From Dehalococcoidia bacterium (lineage in GTDB: Bacteria > Chloroflexota > Dehalococcoidia > UBA2979), in contig OZ219871.1 of NCBI GenBank assembly GCA_964291495.2, positions 1,536,001 to 1,600,000 of the forward strand: a DNA stretch of 64,000 nucleotides. Direction: 5' to 3'. The translations under genes and the position numbers were made by a program. Positions 47,590-57,003 of this stretch are shown here, in pieces; position 1 is the stretch's first letter; the number at the start of each line of letters is the position of its first letter. Under the pieces are notes generated by a model. The model had not been told where the DNA came from, made no database searches, and worked only from the letters and a program-made list of their open reading frames with translations.

Positions 47590-48240
47590 AGGGTGCCCCG
47601 CCTCCCTTCCGGCCCCCTCTCCCTGAGGGAGAGGGGGGTGAGGGAGGCGCACGCCGGCGCGACGTCCGCCTCAATCGATGGTTGCGCCCTCGAGGGCTCG
47701 TGCCCGTCGGGCGTCGGAGAGCGCGCGCTGCGCGCGGCTCTGCCCGCCCACCCGCCCTCAATGGCTGCGGGGCTGCGCCCCGCGCCCCCCTTCCGTGGGG
47801 GCTCTGCCCCCACACCCCACTGCTGCACGCCGCGAAGCCTTGAGGGTTGGTTCCTGCCCCCTCTCCCCTGGCGGGAGAGGGTGGGGGTGAGGGGGACTGC
47901 CACACATCCTGAAGGCAGCGAGTCTGCCGAGGGCGCACGGCGTCACGAGGGCGTTCCGGCCCCCGTTCCCGTCATTCCGGCGAAAGCCGGAATCCAGCGC
48001 GAGCCGCGCAGCCTGCTCGCCCCACGCCCGCCGGGAAAAAGCCCACGGAAGCGCAACGACCGATCGAGCTGGCGCGCGGCGGCGGGCGCGCCCGCTCACC
48101 CCAACCCTCTCCCCCAGGAGAGGGGGCAGGAACGCGCACGAACCTCTCGAGGCGGCAGCTCCGTCGGCGGGGTTTCCCCCCACAAGGCACGGCTCTCCTC
48201 CAAGGAGAGGGGGCCGGATCGGTGCGCGAACCTCGCGAGG
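47590..48240. repeat. Mosaic cluster of REP-like palindromes
   Basis: Purine/pyrimidine units near 47600-47646, 47857-47895, 48095-48126 and 48192-48217; CGTC hairpin 47970-47997; block 47720-47827 shared with 31510-31615. Confidence 0.9.
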
Positions 48241-48266
48241 CGAGCAGCGGCGGGCGCTCCTCGGGG

Positions 48267-48887
48267 CTATGCCTCGATCTGGGGCGGTCCGAAGGTGACG
48301 CCCGGCAGCGCCGTGTGCAGCGTGGCGCGGCGCTCGGCGAACGCCGCGTCGTCGAGCACGGGGGTTGAGGCGGCCTCGCGCGGGTCGGGGGGCAGGTCGG
48401 ACATCGGGGTCCAGGAGGTGCAGCCGGCGTAGTGCTCGCGCACCGGCACGGTGAGCGGCTCGGCGAGGCGGTGGACGCGCAGCACGAGCACGATCAGCGG
48501 CGCCTTCGGGCGCCAGCGGAAGCGCTGCTCTGCGTAGTCCGAGGTCCAGATGTGCTGCCCGTCGAGCGCGGCTACCTGGTCCGGCTCGGTCAGCGCCGCC
48601 GTCTCCTCGATCTCCGCCCAGGCGTCGATGCGCAGCTCACCGGTCGGCGGCGCCGAGGCCGCGACGGCCTCGATCAGCGGGCGCTCGGAGGGGCGGATCA
48701 GCTCCGGCCGCTGGTGCTCGTAGCTCTCGTAGAGCCAGAAGCGCGAGGCGCGCACGCGGAAGCGGTGGCCCTCCTCGCGGATACCGCCCTTGCGCAGATC
48801 GATGATCTGGCGGCCGTCGCGCAGCGCCCGCACAACGACCGCCCACTCCTTGAGCCCCGGATTCGCGAGGTCGGTCGTCGCCACCAT
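48267..48887 (-). CDS. DUF1802 family protein
   Basis: LKEWAVVVRAL, LRKGGIRE, HQ, HIWT, YAGCTSW. Confidence 0.93.
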   Translation of the reverse strand: MVATTDLANPGLKEWAVVVRALRDGRQIIDLRKGGIREEGHRFRVRASRFWLYESYEHQRPELIRPSERPLIEAVAASAPPTGELRIDAWAEIEETAALTEPDQVAALDGQHIWTSDYAEQRFRWRPKAPLIVLVLRVHRLAEPLTVPVREHYAGCTSWTPMSDLPPDPREAASTPVLDDAAFAERRATLHTALPGVTFGPPQIEA

Positions 48888-48914
48888 GTCCCGAGGATAC
48901 CCCGGCGCCTGCCG

Positions 48915-51290
48915 CTACGGCGTCGGCGACCAGGAGGGGAGCGTGCCGATCTCGCCCGCCGCCTCGAGGGCGTCGAGTTCGTCCTCGCCGACGCCGAGCA
49001 GATCGGACAGCACCTCGCGGTTGTGTTCGCCGAGCAGCGGCGCGACGCGGCGGTGGGCGACGGGGAAGGCGCTGAAGCGGAAGGGGAAGGTCTTGTAGAG
49101 GTGCGTGCCGGTGATCTCGCGCGTCAGCTCCTGGAAGAAGCCGAAGTGCCGCAGGCCCGGGTCCTCGGTCAGCTTGTGCGGCGGCGTGACGCGGCAGCCG
49201 GCCACGCCCATCGCCTGCAACGCGGCCTCCAGCTCGACGGCGTCGCGCTCGCGCACGGCGCCCGCGACGAGCGCGTCGAGCTCGGCCTCGTTGGCCTTGC
49301 GCGCCGCAGGGCTCGCGAAGCGCTCGTCCTCCGCCCACCCGGTCTGCCCGAGGGCGCTCGCGAGGGCGGCGAACTCCGCGTCGCCGTCGACGGCAATGCT
49401 GATCCACTCGTCCTCGCCGGCGGTTCGGTAGACCTCGTGCGGGGCCATGCGGTCGTGCTTGTTGCCGCACAGGCCGGGGTCGGGCGCGCCGTGCTGCACG
49501 GCGACGTGCTCCGGTCCCAACATCGCGTCCAGCGCCTCGCATTGGGGCACCTCGACCGTGGTCCCGAGGCCGGACTGCTCGCGGTGGCGCAGCGCCAGTA
49601 GCACGGCGACGACGGCGTTCATGCCGACGATCGGGTCGCAGGCGCCGCCGATCAGGCGCGGCTGATCGTCGTCGGGGTAGCCGTTCATCGCGCCGACCAC
49701 CGCCTGCTCGAAGGTGCTGCCGAAGCCGACGAAGTCACCCCAGGGGCCGTCCGGGCCGTAGCCCGGCATCGTGATGCTGATCAGCCGCGGGTTGATCTCG
49801 TGCAAGCGCTCCGAGGTGTAGCCGAGGTTGGGCAGCACGCGATTGGAGAAGTTGCTGATCACCACGTCGCCCTCGCGCAGCAGCCGCTCGAAGAGCCCCC
49901 GGCCCGTCTCGGTGTTGAGGTCGAGCGTGAGCCCGCGCTTGTTCTGGTTGGAGTCGTTCCAGAGGTAGTTGCGCTCCCAGCTGAGCTCCTGCCCGGCCGA
50001 GGCGCCGGTGAAGCGATAGGAGTCCGGCCGGCTCACGGACTCGACCTTGATCACGTCCGCCCCGAAGGCCCCGAGGTTCATCGTTGCGTGGGGGCCGGAC
50101 CAGAACCAGGTCAGGTCGATCACGCGCACGCCCTCGAGCGGCAGCGCCGGCGGATCGGCTTCCGGCTCGGCGGCGTCGCCGGGGGTGAAGCGCGCGCGTT
50201 GCTCCTCGACGGCCGCGCCGCGCGGCAGCGTGGGGGCGCCGGCGATGCGGTAGGGCACGCGCGGCGCCTGCAGCGTCACCCCGTCGACGACGGCGCGCTC
50301 GAAGAAGCCGCGCGCCGCCAGGTGTGCGTCGGTCAGGCGCTGCGACACCGTGTCGCAGGGCCCCGAGGGCACGCGCACGGCCTGGCCGGCCATGTAGACC
50401 TGCTCGCGCGTGCGCGCCTCGTACCAGCCGCGGACGCGCTCCCACAGCGCCGCGCCGTGCTGCTGCCGGTCGGCCAGCTCGCGCCCGCCCGGCTCGTCGA
50501 GCACGTCGGCGATGCCGGTCAGCTCGCAGAGCGAGGCCCAGTGCTGGTGGGTGAGCGGGAGGATGCCGACGTGGCCGTCCTTGCAGCGCACGGAGCTGTT
50601 CGGCCAGGTCGCCGCGCGGCGGAAGCCCGCGTTCCCGAACATGCTCCAGGCCAGCCACGGGCTCGTCAGCAGCGAGGCGGCGACCGCCTGCGCCGAGACC
50701 TCGACGAACGAGGGCGCAGCGCCGCTCTCGCGGTGGCGCAGCGCGAACAGCGAGGCGGCGAGCGTGTGCAGCCCCGTCGCGCGGGTGCCGAGGTCGCCCG
50801 CCGGGCGCAGCGGGTAGCGGTCGGGCGCGCCGAGCATCCCCGTCCAGCCGCCCAGCGAGCAGATTCCCATGTCCGTCGCGCGGTAGTGCGCGTACGGCCC
50901 GTCCGGCGCGAAGGCGGCGATGCGCACGACGACGGTCTCGCCCTCGAGGGCGGGCCGGACCTCGGAAGGGTCGAGGCCGAGAAGGGCGGCCAGCGGCTCG
51001 TGCTCGGCGACGACGAGGTCGGCCTCGCGGCAGAGCGCGAGCGCGTCCTCGGGCGTCGTCGCCTGGCCGGGCCCAACGGCGACGACGGTCTTGCCGCGCG
51101 AGAGCCACTGCCAGGTCGCGCTGCGGCGCTCGCCGTCGCGCTCGTACCAGGGCGGCTCGTGGCGCAGCGGCGTGCCCTCGGGCGGCTCGAGGACGACGAC
51201 GTTCGCGCCCCAGTCGGCGAGCCCGGTCGCCGCCCACGCGGCGGCCCCGCTCGCTGACACCTCGACGACGTTGAGCCCTCGCAGCAGCAT
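48915..51290 (-). CDS. Double-domain family III CoA-transferase
   Basis: Two CaiB-like halves; second has PLEGVRVIDLT, GADVIKVES, NQNKRG, PGYG, APLLGEHN. Confidence 0.93.
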   Translation of the reverse strand: MLLRGLNVVEVSASGAAAWAATGLADWGANVVVLEPPEGTPLRHEPPWYERDGERRSATWQWLSRGKTVVAVGPGQATTPEDALALCREADLVVAEHEPLAALLGLDPSEVRPALEGETVVVRIAAFAPDGPYAHYRATDMGICSLGGWTGMLGAPDRYPLRPAGDLGTRATGLHTLAASLFALRHRESGAAPSFVEVSAQAVAASLLTSPWLAWSMFGNAGFRRAATWPNSSVRCKDGHVGILPLTHQHWASLCELTGIADVLDEPGGRELADRQQHGAALWERVRGWYEARTREQVYMAGQAVRVPSGPCDTVSQRLTDAHLAARGFFERAVVDGVTLQAPRVPYRIAGAPTLPRGAAVEEQRARFTPGDAAEPEADPPALPLEGVRVIDLTWFWSGPHATMNLGAFGADVIKVESVSRPDSYRFTGASAGQELSWERNYLWNDSNQNKRGLTLDLNTETGRGLFERLLREGDVVISNFSNRVLPNLGYTSERLHEINPRLISITMPGYGPDGPWGDFVGFGSTFEQAVVGAMNGYPDDDQPRLIGGACDPIVGMNAVVAVLLALRHREQSGLGTTVEVPQCEALDAMLGPEHVAVQHGAPDPGLCGNKHDRMAPHEVYRTAGEDEWISIAVDGDAEFAALASALGQTGWAEDERFASPAARKANEAELDALVAGAVRERDAVELEAALQAMGVAGCRVTPPHKLTEDPGLRHFGFFQELTREITGTHLYKTFPFRFSAFPVAHRRVAPLLGEHNREVLSDLLGVGEDELDALEAAGEIGTLPSWSPTP

Positions 51291-51364
51291 CTCGCCCCCG
51301 CCGGCGCCGCGTGCCGGGCGCCGCGGCGATGATAGCGACTCGCGCGGGCGCGGGGCGCGGTTGC

Positions 51365-51396
51365 TACGTGGGCCGCGTGGACTTGCCGCCGTGGAC
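51365..51396 (-). repeat. Direct repeat of the last 32 bp of the methyltransferase gene (other copy 52410-52441)
   Basis: TACGTGGGCCG[C/T]GTGGACTTGCCGCCGTGGAC, 31/32 identical; both encode VHGGKSTRPT-stop on the minus strand. Confidence 0.93.
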
Positions 51397-51439
51397 CGCC
51401 GAGTAGCCGGTCGTGGCCCGGGCCATCAACGAACTCGCG

Positions 51440-51808
51440 TTAGCGGGCCTCGATGACGACGCGCCCACCGTCCTCGACCTCGACGTACAGGTTGTAGCCG
51501 TCGAGCAGCCGCATTCCGACGAGCGGCGTCGTGTCGGCGGCATCCGCCTCCACGTACCTGGTCCTGCCATCCCAGAGGACGGCTACGCGATAGTAAGGGA
51601 ACGTCGTCTCACTGCCATCTGCGAGCGTCGCGCGGGCAGTACCCTCGAACGGCAGTGCCAGCTCCACTGCCAACGCCGGAGTCACCGTCAGGAATCCCGT
51701 GAAGCCGGTGTCGACTACGGCTGCGATCTCCTGCGCCTCGCCAGCCAGCCCCTCGAGGGAAATGGTGAGCACCGCCTCATGGGCGGCGTTCACCGCGCCT
51801 TCCATCAC
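51440..51808 (-). CDS. Clan AA (retropepsin-like) aspartic protease, AF_0612-like
   Basis: AVVDTGFTG catalytic motif, TLADG, PLVGMRLL. Confidence 0.92.
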   Translation of the reverse strand: MMEGAVNAAHEAVLTISLEGLAGEAQEIAAVVDTGFTGFLTVTPALAVELALPFEGTARATLADGSETTFPYYRVAVLWDGRTRYVEADAADTTPLVGMRLLDGYNLYVEVEDGGRVVIEAR

Positions 51809-52074
51809 TTCGGCTTCCGCAGTGGGCGACCACCGAAGTGATGCAGTGCCCGATGCCCCACCCGGAGCAGCCACACGTCAATCGCGTCCGGACGCTTCGT
51901 ACGGAGGCGATCCCGCGCAACGATCACGGTGTCGCCGATGGCCCAGATCGCGGTCTCCACGTCGATGGCGACGACTTCGCCGTGATGCTCGGCCTCGACC
52001 TCGTGCCGGATGTCGCGCTCGTAGATCTCGTCACCGAGGCGAGCGATCTCCTCAGACGGACGGCGAGTCACCAC
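51805..52074 (-). CDS. Small DUF5678-like protein coupled to the aspartic protease
   Basis: EIARLGDEIYERDIR...GEVVAIDVET...RVG; GGAGG RBS; stop overlaps the protease start. Confidence 0.82.
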   Translation of the reverse strand: MVTRRPSEEIARLGDEIYERDIRHEVEAEHHGEVVAIDVETAIWAIGDTVIVARDRLRTKRPDAIDVWLLRVGHRALHHFGGRPLRKPK

Positions 52075-52132
52075 GGCGGTCTCCTCCAGGTGCGGACCGG
52101 TTTAGGATAGCAGGGGCGTGTCCCCGTGCGGC

Positions 52133-52378
52133 TCAGGTCAGCAGTGCACCGACGGCGATCGCGACGTTGAAGATAGTCGCGACAGTGACGACCAAGGTTA
52201 GCCAGAAGATGTACTTGGTGAGGGTCTTCGTGCTCTCAACAATGCGAGATTGTTGTCGGTACCGCAGTTCGTCAAGGTAGTGCTGCAGACCGACGACCGT
52301 GTTCTTGGCGCTTCGATCGTGACGCTCGATCAGTTCGTCGTCATCAAGCTGCCGAAGCTCGGCCATCGTTTCGCTCAT
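52133..52378 (-). CDS. Small hypothetical protein with C-terminal TM helix, lower GC
   Basis: 81 aa, GGAGG RBS, TM segment YIFWLTLVVTVATIFNVAIAVGALL. Confidence 0.78.
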   Translation of the reverse strand: MSETMAELRQLDDDELIERHDRSAKNTVVGLQHYLDELRYRQQSRIVESTKTLTKYIFWLTLVVTVATIFNVAIAVGALLT

Positions 52379-52408
52379 CGCGAGCCTCCGTTTCGTTCGA
52401 GGGGATGG

Positions 52409-55342
52409 TTACGTGGGCCGTGTGGACTTGCCGCCGTGGACGGTCGGCTCCGCGCACCACTGCTCGCGCAGCACATCGAGCGGTTCGAGGATCGACTTCG
52501 GCAGTCCGAGCAGGTCGCAGAGCACGGCCTGGTCCAGCGCCTTCCGTGTGTCGTCGCGATAGGCCTCGTTCGCGGGCAGGAGTTCACGCTCCGCGAAGGC
52601 GTCGAATACAGCCTTTGCGTCACCGAGTTGCGCCTCGCTCAGCTTCCGAACGTCCAAGACTGGCAGCGAGGGCAGCGCCGAGACGGTGAGGATTGAGCGG
52701 CCCTGCTGCTGGCGGCCCCCGACCCACCAGAAACAGATGATGCCCGGTGTGGTGTTCGCCCAGAGAACCAGCGCTTCCTCCCGGCGGGCGTCACCATCGA
52801 GAATGAAGTTCGGCCAAGCCCTCCCGCCGATTGAGCGCTCCGGAGTTAAGCACGCCGCAAGACTCTGCGAGTTGAGCCGAAAGTCGCGGTTGAAGTGAAG
52901 CCGCGTCGCCGTCTCCCATGCGCCGGGCGCGTTGTGCTCCTGTCCGGGCCGTACTCGGCCCTCGCTATCCGGTTCAACGACGAGTTGCCGCTCCCGCTCC
53001 GCGTCATGTGCCCAGAGCATCGGGTAGGTGGAAGTTCCCTCACGTCGGTGGACGACTTTGAATGGCCCCTGCGGCGTTCCGTCCAGCTTCGTGCCGTAGA
53101 TGTCAAGGTCATGGAGCCCGTGCACTCCAAGTTCGCCGAGCCTCACTATCGACACGCGAAGTGATTCCTGCATGCGCGGTAGGCGCACGATGCCTTGAGG
53201 CAGGGCCATTGCTGCCTTGGCGACGTCGGGTTCTCGAAGCTGAGCGCATCCGCCGTCGGCGAGGGTAGCGGTGATGCAGCAGCCTGCTACGTCGCCCCCT
53301 ATTTCCAGGAGGCTGCTTCCACTGGATGAGTTGTCGCCGACGATCCGCGCGATCTCCCGCCCTTCGGTGATGTCTCGCGGGCGCGAGTCCAAGTTCGCAT
53401 AGCGAGTGTCCGCGTCCGCATGCCCCGAGTCAGAAGGACTTCGGCTCGTGGCGAGGATGAGTGCCTCACCCATACCCGTGTCGGCTGAGAACGCTCGCTT
53501 GGTCTGCCCGGTGGTTGCGATGGTTACGACTGTCACATCTCGATATTCGCGCGCCAGTAAGGCGCGGGCCGCAGACCACGCTTGACCCGACAGCACGGCA
53601 AGCGGAAGCACCAGAGCAATCGTTCCCCCGGGTCTGACCTTCGCGTGTGCGAGGTCCAAGAAGTTGGACGCGAGCCCAGCATGGCCGTGACTGGCGGGTT
53701 GTTGGAGGCCACTGCGGATGCGCCGTAGCACCTTGGACATTTCTCGCTGTTCGTCGTGGCTCGTCCCGAAGCCTGCGAATGAAGGCACTGGCATCTCGCG
53801 CCCGGCCGCATGGTTCGTCGGACGTATGAACGGTGGATTCATGATCACGAGGTCCGCGGAGCCGTGCGGTAGCCGAATCTCGTCCCCCCGCTGTGTGTGG
53901 TCCTCGACTTCAATCGCGTCGCCGACACCGGTCAGGACGTGCTCGCCGGTCCCGAATAGCGACGGCTGTGCGTCGCTGGCGAGTAGGTCAAGCGACCCGA
54001 TGGCTGCCGGGCGATTCGTGACTTCCTCTTGCTTCCCGTACGGCATGGTGTGGATGCGAGTACGGCCGAACGTCACGGTCGGGTGCGCGCTCGACAGCAT
54101 CGAGGTAGTCAGGTGCGTCGCCGCCGGCATGATGTCGGCCCCGATGAGCGATTCTTCAATCATCGTCTGGTGCAGCTCGGCGTCGTCGCCACCCGCGCGG
54201 CGATGGCGCGCCGCCACGGCGCGGTACGCGGCGGAGAGCAGGACGCCCGTGCCGCACGCGAGATCGGCGATGCGCAGCTTCTTCACCGCCTCCGGGTCCG
54301 CCCAGTCCACGTCCAGCCTCGATACCGCCAGCTCGGCGAGCAGCGCCGCCGATGACGGCAACGTGTAGAACGTCGCGAGGAACTTCCGGTCCGCGATCAA
54401 CCGCCCGAACATCTGCCCCGCGAGGTCCTGCGTGCTGGTCACACCGATGCCGTCAAGCTCGGCGGCGACCGCGTGCAGGCGCTCAAGCAGCGCCGCCGCT
54501 ACTCCGTTTGGGATAGGCAGGAGCACGTCCGAGGCGATCTTGAAGATCGGCCAGTAGTTGATCTCGGTGAGGATATGGCGCCAGGTGGCGAGCACCCTTG
54601 TCTTCAGTAGCTGTCCGCGAGCGCCGCGCAGCTCGTCGAGCGTGGGGATGTCGTGTGCGCCCGCGATGCTGGTATGCACGGTGAGCGCGTTGGCGACGAT
54701 GGCCATCGCCATCCGCGAGGTCTGCTCGCCGTCCTCCTGGTGGAGCGCTTTGGCGATCTGCTCGAGCACGGCGGGTCGGTCGTCTTCGAGGTCGGAACGG
54801 AGGCGGGCAGCGGCCTGTCCCACGCCTTCCTCGAGGATGCGCATGCCCTCGGCGATGCGGCGTTCGGAGAGCGCGGTTTGCTCGATCAAGCCTGCGAGGT
54901 CGTCGATGCTGCCGCTGAGCCAGCCCTCGTTCGGCCAGCGGATGGGGTCGTCGGGCTCGCCTTCGCGGTGACTGAGCGCGCAGTAGCGGAACTCCGCCGC
55001 TGCGATGTGCTCCGCAAGACTGCTCTGGTCGACAGACTTCAGGCGCTCCGGAATGCGCACGGCGATCGCCTGCTCGACCATGTCGCCGCTGTCGGCCATC
55101 ACCATGCCGAGGCGGGCGCGGGCGTCGGCCTCGACGGTGGGCGCGGGGTCGAACTCGGTCTCGACGACCACCGGCGCGCCGCCCGGGTGGCGGATCACGA
55201 TGTCAGGTTGCAGCCCCGGGTGGTCCTGGAAGATGCCGGTCTGTTCCGCGCCGATGCGGTCACCCTCGCGCCAGCGCGGGTGCTTTCCGCGCAGTGCGTT
55301 GGCGAGCTCGACGTTGAAGGCTGTCTCGGTCGTGCGCGGCAT
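52409..55342 (-). CDS. Fused restriction-modification-like protein (Type IIG/IIL-like): nuclease-like N-terminus, amino-MTase, TRD
   Basis: PDIV...VVVETE at N-terminus; ATFYT, DLACGTG (motif I), IMNPPF (motif IV); TACAAT 6 nt upstream of ATG at 55342. Confidence 0.88.
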   Translation of the reverse strand: MPRTTETAFNVELANALRGKHPRWREGDRIGAEQTGIFQDHPGLQPDIVIRHPGGAPVVVETEFDPAPTVEADARARLGMVMADSGDMVEQAIAVRIPERLKSVDQSSLAEHIAAAEFRYCALSHREGEPDDPIRWPNEGWLSGSIDDLAGLIEQTALSERRIAEGMRILEEGVGQAAARLRSDLEDDRPAVLEQIAKALHQEDGEQTSRMAMAIVANALTVHTSIAGAHDIPTLDELRGARGQLLKTRVLATWRHILTEINYWPIFKIASDVLLPIPNGVAAALLERLHAVAAELDGIGVTSTQDLAGQMFGRLIADRKFLATFYTLPSSAALLAELAVSRLDVDWADPEAVKKLRIADLACGTGVLLSAAYRAVAARHRRAGGDDAELHQTMIEESLIGADIMPAATHLTTSMLSSAHPTVTFGRTRIHTMPYGKQEEVTNRPAAIGSLDLLASDAQPSLFGTGEHVLTGVGDAIEVEDHTQRGDEIRLPHGSADLVIMNPPFIRPTNHAAGREMPVPSFAGFGTSHDEQREMSKVLRRIRSGLQQPASHGHAGLASNFLDLAHAKVRPGGTIALVLPLAVLSGQAWSAARALLAREYRDVTVVTIATTGQTKRAFSADTGMGEALILATSRSPSDSGHADADTRYANLDSRPRDITEGREIARIVGDNSSSGSSLLEIGGDVAGCCITATLADGGCAQLREPDVAKAAMALPQGIVRLPRMQESLRVSIVRLGELGVHGLHDLDIYGTKLDGTPQGPFKVVHRREGTSTYPMLWAHDAERERQLVVEPDSEGRVRPGQEHNAPGAWETATRLHFNRDFRLNSQSLAACLTPERSIGGRAWPNFILDGDARREEALVLWANTTPGIICFWWVGGRQQQGRSILTVSALPSLPVLDVRKLSEAQLGDAKAVFDAFAERELLPANEAYRDDTRKALDQAVLCDLLGLPKSILEPLDVLREQWCAEPTVHGGKSTRPT

Positions 55343-55439
55343 TGTTTCATTGTAAGCGTGTGATCGCTTTCGCCGGAGTGCTACCGCATTCGACGCGCTT
55401 GCCCGCCGATGCGATGCTGGCGGACGAGGAGGGTGGAGG

Positions 55440-56468
55440 ATGGCACGCGGGCCGCTGGGGGTAGTGCTGACGGCGGGGCTGGGGACGCGGCTGCGGCCGA
55501 TCACGCCGCATACGCCGAAGCCGCTCGTGCCGCTGCTTAACCGGCCGCTCATCGTCTACGCCCTCGACCTGCTCGCCTCGCTCGGGCTGCGCGAGATCGC
55601 CGTCGTCGTCGGGCCCGAGGACGCGACGACCGCCGAGGTCGCGCGCAGCCATGCACCGCCCGGCGTCATCGTCTCCGAGGCCGTGCAGCACGAGCCGAAT
55701 GGGCCGGGCGACGCCGTCGCATCGGTCGGCGCGGCGCTCGAGGACCGGACCGTCGCCGTGCTGGCCGTCGACACGGTGCTGAGGGGCGCCGACCCAGCGC
55801 TGCTGCGCCGCTTCGAGGAGGCGGGCGCGACCGCCGGGCTGCTGCTGCAGGCCGTCGAGGACCCGCGCGCCTTCGGCGTCGCGCTGCTCGAGGGCGATCG
55901 GATCGTGGGCCTCGAGGAGAAGCCGGAGCAGCCGCGCTCCAACCTCGCACTGGTGGGGCTCTGGCTGCTCGCGCCGGCGGCCGTCGAGCGCGTCCGCACC
56001 AACCCCTTCATCAACGTCAAGGGCGAGTCCGACCTCACGGCGACCGTCGCGGTGCTGCTCGAGGAGGGCCGTGACCTGCGCGGCTGGACGCTCGACGGCG
56101 AGTGGCTCGACGGCGGCACGCTGGAAGGGCTGCTGCACGCCCAGTCGCGCCTGCTCCCGGGCATCGAGGCGGGCGACGTCTCCGCCCTCGCCGCTGCGGG
56201 CAACGAGATCAGCGGCGCGGTGCTCGTTGCCGAGGGCGCCCGCGTCCGCGAGTCGCGCATCGCCGGCCCGGCGCTGATCGGCGCGCGCGCGACGGTCGAG
56301 GGCTGCAGCCTCGCCGAGACGGTTGTCGGCGCGAACGCCGCGATCGAAGATGCCGAGCTCGCCCGCGCCCTCGTCGAGCCGGGCGCGCGGCTGAGCGGCG
56401 GCAGCTACGCCGACGTGGTCGTGACCGCCGCCGGCGAGGTCGCCGGGCCGGGCCTCGCGGGCGGCTAG
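55440..56468 (+). CDS. Sugar-phosphate nucleotidyltransferase (RmlA/GCD1-like) with beta-helix tail
   Basis: AGLGTRLRPIT, PKPLVP, EEKP, WLDGGT. Confidence 0.92.
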   Translation: MARGPLGVVLTAGLGTRLRPITPHTPKPLVPLLNRPLIVYALDLLASLGLREIAVVVGPEDATTAEVARSHAPPGVIVSEAVQHEPNGPGDAVASVGAALEDRTVAVLAVDTVLRGADPALLRRFEEAGATAGLLLQAVEDPRAFGVALLEGDRIVGLEEKPEQPRSNLALVGLWLLAPAAVERVRTNPFINVKGESDLTATVAVLLEEGRDLRGWTLDGEWLDGGTLEGLLHAQSRLLPGIEAGDVSALAAAGNEISGAVLVAEGARVRESRIAGPALIGARATVEGCSLAETVVGANAAIEDAELARALVEPGARLSGGSYADVVVTAAGEVAGPGLAGG

Positions 56469-56529
56469 GCGCGGCTCCCGTCACGCGCACGTGAGGGCGG
56501 ACAGGCTCCCTCGGCCCGTCATCCGGCTC

Positions 56530-56920
56530 CTGCCCCGTCATTCCGGCGAAAGCCGGAATCCAGGCACGCCCGCCCACCGCCGTGCCCCCGAGAGCGCCGA
56601 TGGGCGCAGCAGGCTCCGATGGCGCGACGTGGCCCGGAGGCGCCCTCACCCTCCGCCCTCTCCCTCGGGGAGAGGGGACGGACCGGGCTCGAAGCGACGT
56701 TGCGCCCTCGAAGTCCCGGCGGGGGCGTGGGGGCGAAGCCCCCAAAAAAGAAATCCGAGGGCGGGTGGGTGGGCACGAGCCGCGCGGAGCGCGTGCTCGT
56801 TCCGACTTCCGCCGGGCAGGTGCCCCGAGGGCGCAACAACCCCTTGAGCCGGGAGCAGCGCCGGCGAGCCCCCTCACCCCCACCCTCTCCCCCAGGAGAG
56901 GGGGCCGGAGGGGACCGGAC
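56530..56920. repeat. Mosaic cluster of REP-like palindromes
   Basis: CGTC hairpin 56536-56563; units 56643-56678 and 56860-56908; TGGGGGCGAAGCCCCCA hairpin and GGGCGGGTGGGTGGGC block at 56720-56800. Confidence 0.9.
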
Positions 56921-57003
56921 CGGCCTCCGGGCTTACCGCTCTCCCCCACCCCACCCTGTCACCACGTGAGAGGCGCAACAGCGTCCGGTGCTAGACTCGC
57001 TGC

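Noticed and set aside
51364-51570. 68-aa minus-strand ORF ending in VHGGKSTRPT as a real gene
   Set aside because: It mostly overlaps the protease gene in another frame; only the last ten codons are meaningful and they are explained by the direct repeat.
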